Of a stretch of 64,000 nt of DNA, positions 10,009 through 19,820 are shown one piece after another; within the stretch, counting starts at the first letter, position 1, and each line of letters opens with the position of its first letter. The notes below the pieces were generated by a model. It saw only the letters and a program-made list of their open reading frames with translations. It had not been told where the DNA came from and ran no database searches. A program made the translations under genes and the position numbers. The stretch lies in the NCBI GenBank assembly GCA_963846575.1, contig CAWJWJ010000002.1, positions 768,001 through 832,000 on the forward strand, written 5' to 3'. Source of the DNA: an uncultured Nitrospiraceae bacterium (GTDB lineage: Bacteria > Nitrospirota > Nitrospiria > Nitrospirales > Nitrospiraceae).

Positions 10009-10854
10009 TCAGGCGGTGGCGGCTTTTCTCAAGGGATCGAGCAGTTTGTCCGAAACCTTCAGCTGACCGCGGCCGATGCCCACCTCGATGTCGGGCTTGG
10101 TGACGCCATGGAAGTCACTTCCCCCGGTTACGAGGAGGTCGCACTGCCGTGCAAGGTCCAGATACTCGGACGTCTGGCTGGGAGTATGGGTGCTGTAGTG
10201 AACCTCGATCCCTCCCAATCCGGATTCCTTTAGCTGTCGAATCAACGTGCGCAGGCCCTCAGCGGATGTTCGCACCCACGTGGGATGAGCCAGAACCGGC
10301 ACGCCGCCGGCCTCGCGAATCCAGCGCACCGCTTCAGCCGGTTCAGGCAGCTCGCGATCGACGAAGGCAGGCCGCCCATTGGCCAGATACCGATCGAAGG
10401 CTTCCTTGGCAGAGCTGACGAATTTCTTTTCCATCAACAGGCGGGCGATGTGCGGACGGCCGACGGATTCCGTACCGGCCAGTGCACGGACCTCGTCATA
10501 GGTGATGGGGATCCCCAGCTCATTGAGGCGCTGGACGATCTTCGGATTGCGGGTATGGCGGCTGTCTCGCAAACTGACCAGCCGTTGTGCGAGCACCGGA
10601 TCGGTCCACTTCAGAAAGTATCCCAGGATGTGGAGTTCGCTCTCTCCTTGTCGTGAACTGATTTCAACGCCGGGGATGGCTTCAATGCCGAGTTCGTTCC
10701 CGATTGTGATGGCTTCCGGAACCCCATCCACGATGTCATGATCCGTAATGGCCAAAGCGGTGATGCCGGCTTGCTTCGCGAAGGTCATCACCTCGCGGGT
10801 GGTGAAGCTGCCGTCTGAATGGGTGGTGTGGAGATGGAGGTCGATTCGACTCAT
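10009..10854 (-). CDS. PHP-domain protein (TrpH/YciV-like)
   Basis: DLHLHTTHSDG, ITDHD, GRPHIA, LAHP, GGSDFHG. Confidence 0.92.
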   Translation of the reverse strand: MSRIDLHLHTTHSDGSFTTREVMTFAKQAGITALAITDHDIVDGVPEAITIGNELGIEAIPGVEISSRQGESELHILGYFLKWTDPVLAQRLVSLRDSRHTRNPKIVQRLNELGIPITYDEVRALAGTESVGRPHIARLLMEKKFVSSAKEAFDRYLANGRPAFVDRELPEPAEAVRWIREAGGVPVLAHPTWVRTSAEGLRTLIRQLKESGLGGIEVHYSTHTPSQTSEYLDLARQCDLLVTGGSDFHGVTKPDIEVGIGRGQLKVSDKLLDPLRKAATA

Positions 10855-11789
10855 TGTGGTGTCTCAGGCCCCGCTTTCTGCGCGATCAGGCGCGCGGTAT
10901 AGGAGGGTCCAGCGCCATGGCCTCCATAGTGTTCTCCTTCGTCGTAATGAAGCACCCGCAACGCGGATGTCAGGCGGAGCAGTTCATTATGGGCCAGACA
11001 AAATTCCCATCGGCGCGGATGTTGATGGCGGAAGTAGTTGTCGATGGTAAACGTTTCGTAGAGCAGGACCCCGTTCGGCTTCAAGGCGTCCAGCAACGCG
11101 GGGAAGAGCGGTCGGTGCAGATAGAAGAACACAAGGATGACGTCATAAATGTCCTGCCCCAAGCTCGGGGCCCGGTCCGGGTCTTGTTCCAGATCGACCA
11201 CCCGGGTGGTGAGCCCTGTGAGATGCCGGGCTTGCGCGTTCGCTTCCAAGATGGTCAATGACTCAGCGTCTCGATCGATGGCCTCCACCTGCATGCCGTG
11301 AGACAACAGGTGCAGTGTATGACGGCCACGGCCGGCCGCCACATCGAGGGCCCTGCCCTTGGGCAGTCTCCCCATTTGTTGTTCGAGGAATGGGGCGGGA
11401 AGCGGTTCTTTTGCCTGCGCGTGATGTGCCGCACGTGTTCGTTCCAGACGGACGCCGACCGAGCCGGTAATCATCGCGAGCGGAGCGTGGAGCTTGCGAA
11501 TCCACATACGGATTCGATCCAGCGGAAATTCCGCAAACAGCATGCCGACAAGTTGTTCCCCCAGGGCTTCCAATAAGCTGCATTCCAGGGAGCTTCCGAG
11601 CGAGACAAGGCGGTGGGCTACCCGGGCGTAGTCAATCGTGTCGTTCAGACGATCCGACAGTGCGGCCGAGGCAATCGAGGTCTCCAACTCGAGGTCAACG
11701 GCCAAAAGCTGTGGCTTCCGGCGTTCGTCCTCGGTGACGCCGCAATGGCCGTAAAACTCCAGACGCTCAATCACTATATGCGCTGACAT
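10851..11789 (-). CDS. folB: Dihydroneopterin aldolase fused to TehB-like SAM methyltransferase
   Basis: N-terminal YGHCGVTEDER..IDY..LLE..IRK; C-terminal ALDVAAGRGRH, LKPNGVLLYETF. Confidence 0.85.
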   Translation of the reverse strand: MSAHIVIERLEFYGHCGVTEDERRKPQLLAVDLELETSIASAALSDRLNDTIDYARVAHRLVSLGSSLECSLLEALGEQLVGMLFAEFPLDRIRMWIRKLHAPLAMITGSVGVRLERTRAAHHAQAKEPLPAPFLEQQMGRLPKGRALDVAAGRGRHTLHLLSHGMQVEAIDRDAESLTILEANAQARHLTGLTTRVVDLEQDPDRAPSLGQDIYDVILVFFYLHRPLFPALLDALKPNGVLLYETFTIDNYFRHQHPRRWEFCLAHNELLRLTSALRVLHYDEGEHYGGHGAGPSYTARLIAQKAGPETPQ

Positions 11790-11913
11790 GGCGGCATTGT
11801 CATGGATGGTGTTTCAGGCTGTCAAGCAAGGGAAAGGGAGGTCAGCGGAGAAAGGGCGGTTTGACTCGTGATTCGGCAAAGTGGTCAGGGCACCGTCCGA
11901 TCCGGTGCGTGAG

Positions 11914-12459
11914 TCAGCGGTTCAGCCAGATCGTGTTTCTTTTGAGGCTGGATGATACAGCAGACAGGATAGTTGGAGGAAGCAGCCTGCTGAGTCCCGT
12001 GTATCTCATGAATTTCGAAAGTTGACCGATCCACCGGGCTAATGGCGTGATCACCTCCCTTGATAGCTGGTCTCGGACGGTCTGCCAAAGGTGCTGCGCC
12101 CCGGAGCCTATCAACTCGATGACCTGTCTGGATCCGGCTGCGGCTTGTCGATCGGTTGGAAGACTGCTCAACTCCGCCTTGTACGCCTTCTGCCGTCGCC
12201 ACATCTGAGCCAGCGCCGCAGCTGCCACTAGGGTAAGGAGAAGAGGATTCGGCGGAGCGGAAAAGAGCCATCGCCACCATTCATAGAGGGCCAGAATCGA
12301 TAGGCAGCTCGGTAGCACGAGCGAATCCGCTTGGTGAGAGCGCAGGAGACGAATGCGTTCTCCCGCCGGTTGCCCTGGGAACCGCAAGGGAATCGTATAG
12401 AGGGGGGTGCGACGGTTTCTCGAGTTGAAGAATCGCGCCAACCGGATCATTGCGGACAC
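11914..12459 (-). CDS. Hypothetical two-TM membrane protein
   Basis: AGGAGG SD, two hydrophobic segments, PLRFPGQ and EWWRW motifs. Confidence 0.65.
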   Translation of the reverse strand: MSAMIRLARFFNSRNRRTPLYTIPLRFPGQPAGERIRLLRSHQADSLVLPSCLSILALYEWWRWLFSAPPNPLLLTLVAAAALAQMWRRQKAYKAELSSLPTDRQAAAGSRQVIELIGSGAQHLWQTVRDQLSREVITPLARWIGQLSKFMRYTGLSRLLPPTILSAVSSSLKRNTIWLNR

Positions 12460-12846
12460 CTCCTGCTGTGAGCCTAGTGACGGTAAGTGGGCATTGTAGG
12501 CCAGGCCGCGGGATTGGAATAGAAAAGATAGAGTTTTTACAGGCCACGGGGCATCCCGTGAGCGTCGTAAGGATTGTTGTCAGGCACGACTGCTCCATCC
12601 GGGATTGAGATGATGACAGGGTTACACAGACGACAGGCATATCCGTTGGAACAAGGTGTGGGCAAGCCATTCGCCGAACACCTCGGCCTGTGGCAGCCTG
12701 GGAGCCGCCACCCCGCCAGGCTTGTCGCGCAATGAGGGTGTGGTGAATGCGTATTGGCTATTCCATTTGCTGCTGATTGCGTGTATGAACGTGGAGTGAC
12801 GACTCGGGAGCGAGTCGACTCACACAACCATCACAGGAGGTAGGCA

Positions 12847-12945
12847 ATGGCGAAGGGCATGCAGCAGAAGAAATCGACCAAGAAGAAACCCGCGAAGACA
12901 CTCATGGAGAAGCGGGCCGAAAAGAGTGCGAAGAAGGGCCGCTGA
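12847..12945 (+). CDS. 32-aa Lys-rich small protein MAKGMQQKKSTKKKPAKTLMEKRAEKSAKKGR
   Basis: AGGAGGT SD shortly before the ATG; strongly biased composition; below the ORF-track cutoff. Confidence 0.75.
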   Translation: MAKGMQQKKSTKKKPAKTLMEKRAEKSAKKGR

Positions 12946-13145
12946 CTAGGCCAGCCGGACCGGCGACGGATTCGGGATCGCGGTCATCGTCCAGGACGGA
13001 CGTTGCCGGAGGAACGGTGGTCCCACGCCGTCCTGGGAACGCAGATGGGGCGGGGGCGCCAGTGAGGCGCGAGACAATCGGACGATTCCCCTGAACGGGC
13101 GAGTGGCATATCGGGAGTGTTTCCGAAGAGTCAGGCATTCGGATG

Positions 13146-13664
13146 TTAACGCAGTTTTTGCAAGACTCCCTCGGCAACAATTGAGTCCGGATGGCCCCCC
13201 ACAAGCAGGTCCTTATCGCCGAAATGGGAGGCTGATCTGGTCGTGACCCGCACCTTCAGTCCTCCCGGCGCGAGCGAATATTCAAAGAGGGCGGCTTCCT
13301 CTCGCTGATCCATATACCCCTGGCTTGCGCGTTCGAATGAGCCGACTATTCCCACCGACAGCCTGCCCGGGCCTTTCTCAAAACTCTTCACGACCATTCG
13401 TTGCACGCCGCCCCCTTGAGGGACGTATTCCACCGTTTGACCGACGTGAGACAATTCGACCTGCCGGGACAGCCCTTTGTTGTTCGTATAGGCATAGAGG
13501 GGCAAGCCCTGGGCACTGAAATCAATTTGGACCTCGGCCTGGCTGCCGTCCGAGCTGGTCAGTGTTCCTTTCCACCCCCCGGTCAGATCCGCTGCGTTCA
13601 GTGTGACGGCCATCAAGAGCAGGCACAGACTCGTCGTGATACCAACAAAGGGTGTTGCGGGCAT
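13146..13664 (-). CDS. Secreted hypothetical beta-rich protein
   Basis: AAGGAG SD, signal peptide ending LNA-ADLTGGWKG. Confidence 0.7.
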   Translation of the reverse strand: MPATPFVGITTSLCLLLMAVTLNAADLTGGWKGTLTSSDGSQAEVQIDFSAQGLPLYAYTNNKGLSRQVELSHVGQTVEYVPQGGGVQRMVVKSFEKGPGRLSVGIVGSFERASQGYMDQREEAALFEYSLAPGGLKVRVTTRSASHFGDKDLLVGGHPDSIVAEGVLQKLR

Positions 13665-13943
13665 GAGTTGCTCCTTCCGGTTGTTTCGCGTCCTTCGCCT
13701 AAATGTTTTCGCGAGCCCCGTATTCCGGGAAACCTATGTCCATGGTCAGGGCGGCCCATGCTCTTGTCTACAGGATCATGAAGGGTTGCTGCTGCGCAAT
13801 GCGAGTGGCGGCCCCGGGCGTAGGGGATAAGGTGTCCGGCTCGCCGGCAGACCGTCCTTCATGCCGCCTGATCGCAGTTGCTGGATGCCATGCAGACCTA
13901 ACTTGAGTGGTCGGGCAGCAGCGAGGGTCGCAAAAGTCTGATC

Positions 13944-14228
13944 CTAAGATGGCGACACGGTAATCTCTGGAGGGAAAACTGTCAACGGAGGAAGACGACA
14001 AATACGGGTATTCAGCGGACTTCGCACCTGAGCCGCGCAGGAGAGAAGCGTAACTGCCGGAATCGACCGCGGTCCGCGTCTACGGTCCTCGTCCTCGACA
14101 TCTTCGATTGCCTGCTGGAGCGCGGCGACGAACGCCGCCGGGTCAGCCAGGTCGCTTTCCCGCAGTTGGAATTCCGACACCAGCACACCGTCTTTATCCA
14201 CTACCATCAAGCGATATCCCTGTTTCAC
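13944..14228 (-). CDS. Small hypothetical protein (true C-terminus may be earlier)
   Basis: GAGGAG SD before GTG; first about 50 aa look protein-like (KQGYRLMVVDKDGVLVSEFQL). Confidence 0.55.
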   Translation of the reverse strand: MKQGYRLMVVDKDGVLVSEFQLRESDLADPAAFVAALQQAIEDVEDEDRRRGPRSIPAVTLLSCAAQVRSPLNTRICRLPPLTVFPPEITVSPS

Positions 14229-14557
14229 ATTGACTCCTCTCGTCCGTGAAGCGATGTGAGATTCGTGACCCGGATTGTCCCCCATCAATATGCGCCATGA
14301 CCGAAGTGCGCTCAGGGCGAGCGTTGCGTGTCATGCGTGCGGGTCCGCGCTGTATGTCTGCAGGCCTGACGGCAGAAAGAAGGATTCCGGCCGGCTTGGT
14401 ACAATGGGTTCAGGTCTGCGGCTACAGAGTTCAGCGCCAGGAAGGATACTCTCCTGGTGGTCGGTCCGACAACACAATGGACCTTCCTCTTGCCCGGCAT
14501 GGGATAGCTATACCGTCGGAATGGTCGTCACAAAGAAGAGAACGAGCGCCGCATAGC

Positions 14558-14587
14558 TTGACTCCCCTTTTCCCCGGCTCCTATAAT
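14558..14587 (+). promoter_or_regulatory. sigma70 promoter TTGACT-N18-TATAAT for the moa operon
   Basis: Near-consensus hexamers about 43 nt upstream of the moaC ATG. Confidence 0.7.
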
Positions 14588-14630
14588 TCGGTGATTCTGA
14601 ACCTGATAACCAACTGATTTGGCGCAGAGA

Positions 14631-15126
14631 ATGGCCGAATTTACGCATTTCAATGAGTCCGGGCGTGCCGCGTATGGTCGACGTCGGAGCGAAGGCCTCC
14701 ACCGAGCGTCTCGCGACGGCGCAAGCCACGGTGTTTCTTCAGCCGGAGACCCTCGAAAAAATTCAGCGCGGCAAAATCGCTAAAGGTGATGTGTTGGCTG
14801 TCGCCCAGGTGGCTGGCATCATGGGGGCCAAAAAGACGCCTGATCTCATCCCGATGTGCCATCCCATCCTGCTGACCAGCGTCGATATCTCATTCCAGGA
14901 GACCCCCGAGCCGGATCGCGAGGGGCGTTGCGCTATCACCATTACGGCGACCGCCAAAACGACAGGTCCCACCGGCGTGGAAATGGAAGCGATGACGGCC
15001 GCTTCAGTGGCCGCATTGACGATCTATGACATGTGCAAAGCCGTGGACCGCGGCATGAGCTTCGGCGACATCTGCTTGTTAGCAAAATCCGGTGGAAAAT
15101 CGGGCTCCTATATGCGACCGGCCTGA
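14631..15126 (+). pseudogene. moaC: MoaC cyclic pyranopterin monophosphate synthase with a +1 frameshift near 14670 (pseudogene or sequence error)
   Basis: ATG at 14631 gives [40 protein letters not shown] continues in another frame. Confidence 0.85.
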
Positions 15127-15170
15127 ACCCATGAAGGTTGGGTCCCCGCACATGAAGGTGGAATTCTGAC

Positions 15171-15422
15171 ATGGTGACGGTGCGGCTTTTCGGCATGACA
15201 AAAATGTTGGCGGGGAATCAGGGCACGCTGTCATTCGCGCTTTCGGAGGGACAGCGGGTGAAGGACCTGGTCGCCATGATTGAAACAGCCTATCCGAAGA
15301 TCGGGGAATTACTGCGGAAGAAAAAGGTACTCCTGTCGGTCAATCAGGACATTGCGCACGAAGACCTGGTGGTCATGGATGGGGATGAGGTTGCGCTGTT
15401 GCCCCCGTTTGCCGGTGGATGA
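15171..15422 (+). CDS. moaD: Molybdopterin synthase sulfur carrier subunit
   Basis: Ubiquitin-like, ends DGDEVALLPPFAGG. Confidence 0.92.
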   Translation: MVTVRLFGMTKMLAGNQGTLSFALSEGQRVKDLVAMIETAYPKIGELLRKKKVLLSVNQDIAHEDLVVMDGDEVALLPPFAGG

Positions 15423-15579
15423 CGAATGCTGAGACAGGTTGCCAGGGGAACGCGCCTGGCTTGACGGGGCGAGGTGTCAGGTCGGTCGCAACGCCGTCTC
15501 CGCAGTGAGACCGGGGGAGATAGCCCTCACGACCATGCTTCCGAATGAGGGCGGGACAGCCAAGGAGAGGGAAAAACTG

Positions 15580-16053
15580 ATGAGTTCCGAACAGGTCACC
15601 ACAGCCGACCAGTCTGTCACGGACGATGACGCGATGCTGGTCCGCGTGCAACGGGAAGACTTCTCCATTGACGAAGAGCTGGGCCGGCTGCGCCGACGGT
15701 CAAAGCGCATCGGTGGTATTGCCATGTTTCTAGGTACGGCCCGCGACCGCTCGAAGGGGAAGGATGTGGACAGCATTACCTTCGAACATTACGAGGGGAT
15801 GGCGCAGAAGAAGTTGCGTGAGATCCGTGAGCGCGCGCTGAAAGACTTCGATGTGATTGAAGTGCTGGTCTTGCACCGTTATGGAGAGATCGGCATCGGA
15901 GAGAACATCGTGCTGATCATCGCGGGAGCCGAGCATCGCGCAGAAGCGTTCCGGGCCTGTAAGTGGGCGATCGACGAACTGAAGCAAATTACCCCTATCT
16001 GGAAACTCGAACATACTCCCGAAGGGGAGGTGTGGGTCGAGGAACATCCATAG
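15580..16053 (+). CDS. moaE: Molybdopterin synthase catalytic subunit
   Basis: FLGTAR, HRYG, HRAEAF, IDELKQITPIWKLE; GGAGAGG SD. Confidence 0.92.
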   Translation: MSSEQVTTADQSVTDDDAMLVRVQREDFSIDEELGRLRRRSKRIGGIAMFLGTARDRSKGKDVDSITFEHYEGMAQKKLREIRERALKDFDVIEVLVLHRYGEIGIGENIVLIIAGAEHRAEAFRACKWAIDELKQITPIWKLEHTPEGEVWVEEHP

Positions 16054-16102
16054 CCCGTCAGGGTGCAAGCTACGGGCAGGAGACAGGAGCTTTCGAGTCA
16101 AT

Positions 16103-17167
16103 ATGGATCACACCACGCTCGATACACCCGCTCCCACGATCCACGACCGGCTGGGGCGCCCGCTCCGTAGCCTGCGTCTCTCCGTGACGGATCGCTGCAA
16201 CCTGCGGTGCAAGTACTGCATGCCCGAGGATGAGTACGCCTGGTTGCCGCGGGACACCATCCTGACGTTCGAGGAAATGGCCGAACTCACGTCGCTGTTT
16301 ACCGAGTTAGGCGTGGATAAAGTGCGGCTGACGGGCGGGGAGCCGCTGCTCCGTCGGGATCTTCCGCGTTTTGTCCGGCAACTCTCCGAAAATCGCCGGA
16401 TCACCGAAATCGCCTTGACCAGTAACGGCGTACTCATGGCGGACCAGGCCGCGGATCTATCCTTCGCCGGATTGAATCGCGTCACAATCAGTCTGGATAC
16501 CTTGCGCGCTGATCGTTTTCGCGCGCTGACCAAGCGCGATCTTCACCATCAGGTGTTCGATGGCATCAAGGCGGTCGTGCGGGCCGGATTTCCGTCGCTG
16601 AAATTCGATACGGTGGTCATGAAGGGTTACAACGACGACGAACTCGTTGATCTCATTGAGTACGGCAAAACGGTTGGCGCTGAGGTGCGGTTCATCGAAT
16701 ACATGGATGTGGGGGGCGCCACGGAGTGGTCCATGAGCAAGGTCCTGTCGCGGGCTGAGATGCTGGATCAATTAGGCCGGCATTACGGAGCGGTCAAGCC
16801 GATCGTGGAGCATTCGGTCGCGCCGGCAGAACGGTTCGTCCTGCCCGATGGAACCAGCTTTGGTATCATTCCATCAACGACGACCCCGTTCTGTCGATCC
16901 TGTGATCGCAGTCGGCTCACGGCTGACGGGATGTGGTACCTCTGTCTCTATGCCAAGGATGGTCTCGACTTACGGGCTCCATTACGGGCGGGCCGGTCCC
17001 GCAATGAACTCAAGACCCTGATCACCGAAGCCTGGCAGGGACGAGCAGATCGGGGAGCCGAGGAGAGGAAAGCCCTGGAAGGGCTGGGATTACGAGAACA
17101 GCGTCTGATTGAAATCAACCGCCTCCGTGAAGATCCCCATTTGGAAATGCATGCGCGAGGGGGATGA
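16103..17167 (+). CDS. moaA: GTP 3',8-cyclase
   Basis: LRLSVTDRCNLRCKYC, FCRSCDRSR..LCL, C-terminal GG. Confidence 0.95.
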   Translation: MDHTTLDTPAPTIHDRLGRPLRSLRLSVTDRCNLRCKYCMPEDEYAWLPRDTILTFEEMAELTSLFTELGVDKVRLTGGEPLLRRDLPRFVRQLSENRRITEIALTSNGVLMADQAADLSFAGLNRVTISLDTLRADRFRALTKRDLHHQVFDGIKAVVRAGFPSLKFDTVVMKGYNDDELVDLIEYGKTVGAEVRFIEYMDVGGATEWSMSKVLSRAEMLDQLGRHYGAVKPIVEHSVAPAERFVLPDGTSFGIIPSTTTPFCRSCDRSRLTADGMWYLCLYAKDGLDLRAPLRAGRSRNELKTLITEAWQGRADRGAEERKALEGLGLREQRLIEINRLREDPHLEMHARGG

Positions 17168-17227
17168 CCGTCACTTCGTGCTGCTCCCACCGACGAATCG
17201 GTCGTCGTACTATTCTTGGAGCAGAGG

Positions 17228-17935
17228 ATGTTCGATCCTCATACCCTGACTATTTTGAGCTTCGGGTTCGTCCTGGGGCTACGTCACGCCTTGGACGCAG
17301 ATCATCTCGCGGCCCTGTCGACGGTCCTGGCAGAACGGCCGAGCGTTCAAGCTTCCACCATCATAGGGTTTTTTTGGGGGCTGGGCCACACGCTCATGTT
17401 GCTATGTGTGGGGATGTTGCTGTTGGCGTGGAACCTGACCATTCCTGAATCACTGGGCGCTGCGTTGGAGTTTGCGGTGGGGATGATGTTGGTGGGGCTC
17501 GGCCTGTCGCTGGCTCGGAGGATTTATCGAGAGCAATGGCATCTGCATGCCCATGAGCATGAGGGAAGAGCCCATCTGCACTTGCACAGTCATCGTGCGC
17601 AGCTGGATCACAAGCATGTGCACTGGTATCAGGGATCGCTCCGGCCGCTCCTGATCGGCATGGCGCATGGACTGGCGGGATCAGCCGCCCTGATGTTAAT
17701 CGTGCTCTCGACGGTGACGGGAATGGGCCAAGGGATCGGATATATCCTGATCTTTGGCATCGGGTCGATTCTCGGCATGGTTGGTGTCGGAGTGCTGTTC
17801 AGTCTGCCGGTCGTCTATTCGGTGGCGGTGGGGCCCCGGGCCTATCGGATCGTGCAGGGGCTTGCGTCTCTTACTAGCATCGCTCTGGGACTCGTGATGA
17901 TGGCGCGGATCGGTTTGAGCGGCAGCTGGTCATGA
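17228..17935 (+). CDS. UreH/NiCoT-type nickel/cobalt transporter
   Basis: GLRHALDADH, WGLGH, His-rich loop, HGLAGSAA. Confidence 0.82.
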   Translation: MFDPHTLTILSFGFVLGLRHALDADHLAALSTVLAERPSVQASTIIGFFWGLGHTLMLLCVGMLLLAWNLTIPESLGAALEFAVGMMLVGLGLSLARRIYREQWHLHAHEHEGRAHLHLHSHRAQLDHKHVHWYQGSLRPLLIGMAHGLAGSAALMLIVLSTVTGMGQGIGYILIFGIGSILGMVGVGVLFSLPVVYSVAVGPRAYRIVQGLASLTSIALGLVMMARIGLSGSWS

Positions 17936-18156
17936 CCCGGTCGGCTCTTACCCGGGCTCACCGTTTTTCCTGAAAGTGAAGCGCAGATGTCGTCTGTCTT
18001 GCATCTGCGGTCATGAGCCGTCCAGGTCTGACCAACGTGCAAATCTGTGTGCGCCTTCCGGAGAGGTATGTTATTCTCCCGCGCAGTGCAGACGTCGCAT
18101 CAACAGAAGCGTGAGGTCGCGCTGAGGCATGCAAACTATCGCGGGAAGCCCCGCCC

Positions 18157-18945
18157 ATGAAAATTCGCGTGCTGGGCTGTCACGGGTCGGGGCAAATGAT
18201 TCCGGGGGACAATGGTCCGATTCAGTGCAGCACCTGCGGGTTCCTGGTCAATGAACAAGTGCTGGTCGATGCCGGTACGATTGGGTCTCGGTTATACCTC
18301 GAAGAGCAGCGGCGCATTCGGGTGGTCTTGCTCACCCACCTGCATTTCGATCATATTCGCGAGTTGCCGACGCTGGCTGACAACCTGATCGGAGAGATCG
18401 ATGAACCGGTCATCATTGCCGCCATTCCCGAGGTATTAAACGGGTTGCGCCGGCATATTTTTAATGGAGCCGTGTACCCAGACTTCTTCCGGTTACCCGA
18501 CCCCGGGCGGCCGGTCTTTGTGACTCACGAGCTTCAGCCGGGACGGGAAGATTTCTTAGGCGGACTGCGCGTGATACCGATTGCCGTCAACCACGTTGTG
18601 CCGACCGTTGGATTTCTGATCCGTGAAGGGGAACAGGCACTGGTCTATAGCGGGGATACATACAGGACGGACGCGCTCTGGCAGGCGGCAAAGGGTGTGA
18701 TCGGTCTGAAGGCGGCGTTTATTGAGGCATCCTTTCCCAACGACATGCGCGAGCTGGCGAGAGTGTCCAAACATCTGACTCCCGCATTACTGGCTGAAGA
18801 GTTTGCGAAGGTGGACAAGCCGGATCTGCCGGTCTATGCCTACCATCTGAAACCGAGGTTTCGCGAGCGCATCCGGCAGGAGCTTGGTCAATTGGATCTC
18901 CCGCATTTGAGCGCGCTAGAAGAGGGCCAAACCCTCATACTATAG
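18157..18945 (+). CDS. Metallo-beta-lactamase-fold 3',5'-cyclic nucleotide phosphodiesterase (class II-like)
   Basis: MKIRVLGCHG, THLHFDH, SGDT, IEASFPN, KHLTP, YHLKP. Confidence 0.82.
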   Translation: MKIRVLGCHGSGQMIPGDNGPIQCSTCGFLVNEQVLVDAGTIGSRLYLEEQRRIRVVLLTHLHFDHIRELPTLADNLIGEIDEPVIIAAIPEVLNGLRRHIFNGAVYPDFFRLPDPGRPVFVTHELQPGREDFLGGLRVIPIAVNHVVPTVGFLIREGEQALVYSGDTYRTDALWQAAKGVIGLKAAFIEASFPNDMRELARVSKHLTPALLAEEFAKVDKPDLPVYAYHLKPRFRERIRQELGQLDLPHLSALEEGQTLIL

Positions 18946-18955
18946 GTGATCCGAG

Positions 18956-19792
18956 ATGGCATGGTTTAAAAAAGGAAAGACCGAGGAGGCAGAGCCCCCC
19001 AAACGTTCGAAGGTCGCGGAAGGGATGTGGCTGAAGTGCAATCACTGTCGGGAGATCGTCTACCGCAAGGAAGTGGACCGCAATAACAAGGTCTGCCCGA
19101 AGTGTGACTATCACTTCCCTATCTCAGTCATCGAACGCATCACGTTGTTGGTCGATCTTGGAACTTTCAAGGAGTGGGATGCAGAGCTCATGCCGCAGGA
19201 TCCCCTGCAGTTTCAGGACACTCGCTCCTATAAGGATCGGATCAAGGCGCAACAGGAGAAGACCGGTAGGAAGGACGCCATGGTCATCGGCCAGGGGGCG
19301 ATCAATGGTCGCAAGGTGGCGCTGTGCGTGTTCGACTTTGGATTCATGGGCGGGAGCATGGGCTCGGTGGTCGGCGAAAAAATTTGCCGCGCGGTCGATC
19401 GCGCCTTGGAGGGGCGGTTGCCGTTGATTCTCGTGACGGCTTCGGGCGGCGCCCGCATGCAGGAGGGCATTCTCTCATTGATGCAGATGGCGAAAACCGC
19501 GGCGGCAGTGGCGAAGCTGGGGGAGGCCAGGTTGCCTTTCCTGTCAATTTTGGCAGATCCCACCTTCGGCGGGGTGACGGCGAGCATCGCCATGCTGGGA
19601 GATGTGATTATCGCTGAGCCGAAGGCGTTGATCGGATTTGCGGGCCCGCGCGTCATCGAGCAGACCATCAAGCAGCAGCTCCCTGATCAGTTTCAGCGCG
19701 CCGAGTTTTTGCTCGATCATGGGATGATCGACATGATCGTCGAACGAAAGCAATTGAAAGAGGCGGTCAGCACGTTGGTTGGTCATTTCTAG
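18956..19792 (+). CDS. accD: Acetyl-CoA carboxylase carboxyltransferase beta subunit
   Basis: Zn finger [28 protein letters not shown]. Confidence 0.96.
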   Translation: MAWFKKGKTEEAEPPKRSKVAEGMWLKCNHCREIVYRKEVDRNNKVCPKCDYHFPISVIERITLLVDLGTFKEWDAELMPQDPLQFQDTRSYKDRIKAQQEKTGRKDAMVIGQGAINGRKVALCVFDFGFMGGSMGSVVGEKICRAVDRALEGRLPLILVTASGGARMQEGILSLMQMAKTAAAVAKLGEARLPFLSILADPTFGGVTASIAMLGDVIIAEPKALIGFAGPRVIEQTIKQQLPDQFQRAEFLLDHGMIDMIVERKQLKEAVSTLVGHF

Positions 19793-19820
19793 GTCCAATG
19801 CCCTTCCCCGGATTGCCACG

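Noticed and set aside
12755..12770. sigma54-like TGGCTATTCCATTTGC upstream of the microprotein
   Set aside because: GG-GC spacing is 11 rather than the strict 10
14588..14630. Moco riboswitch upstream of moaC
   Set aside because: Only about 40 nt between the promoter and the ATG, too short
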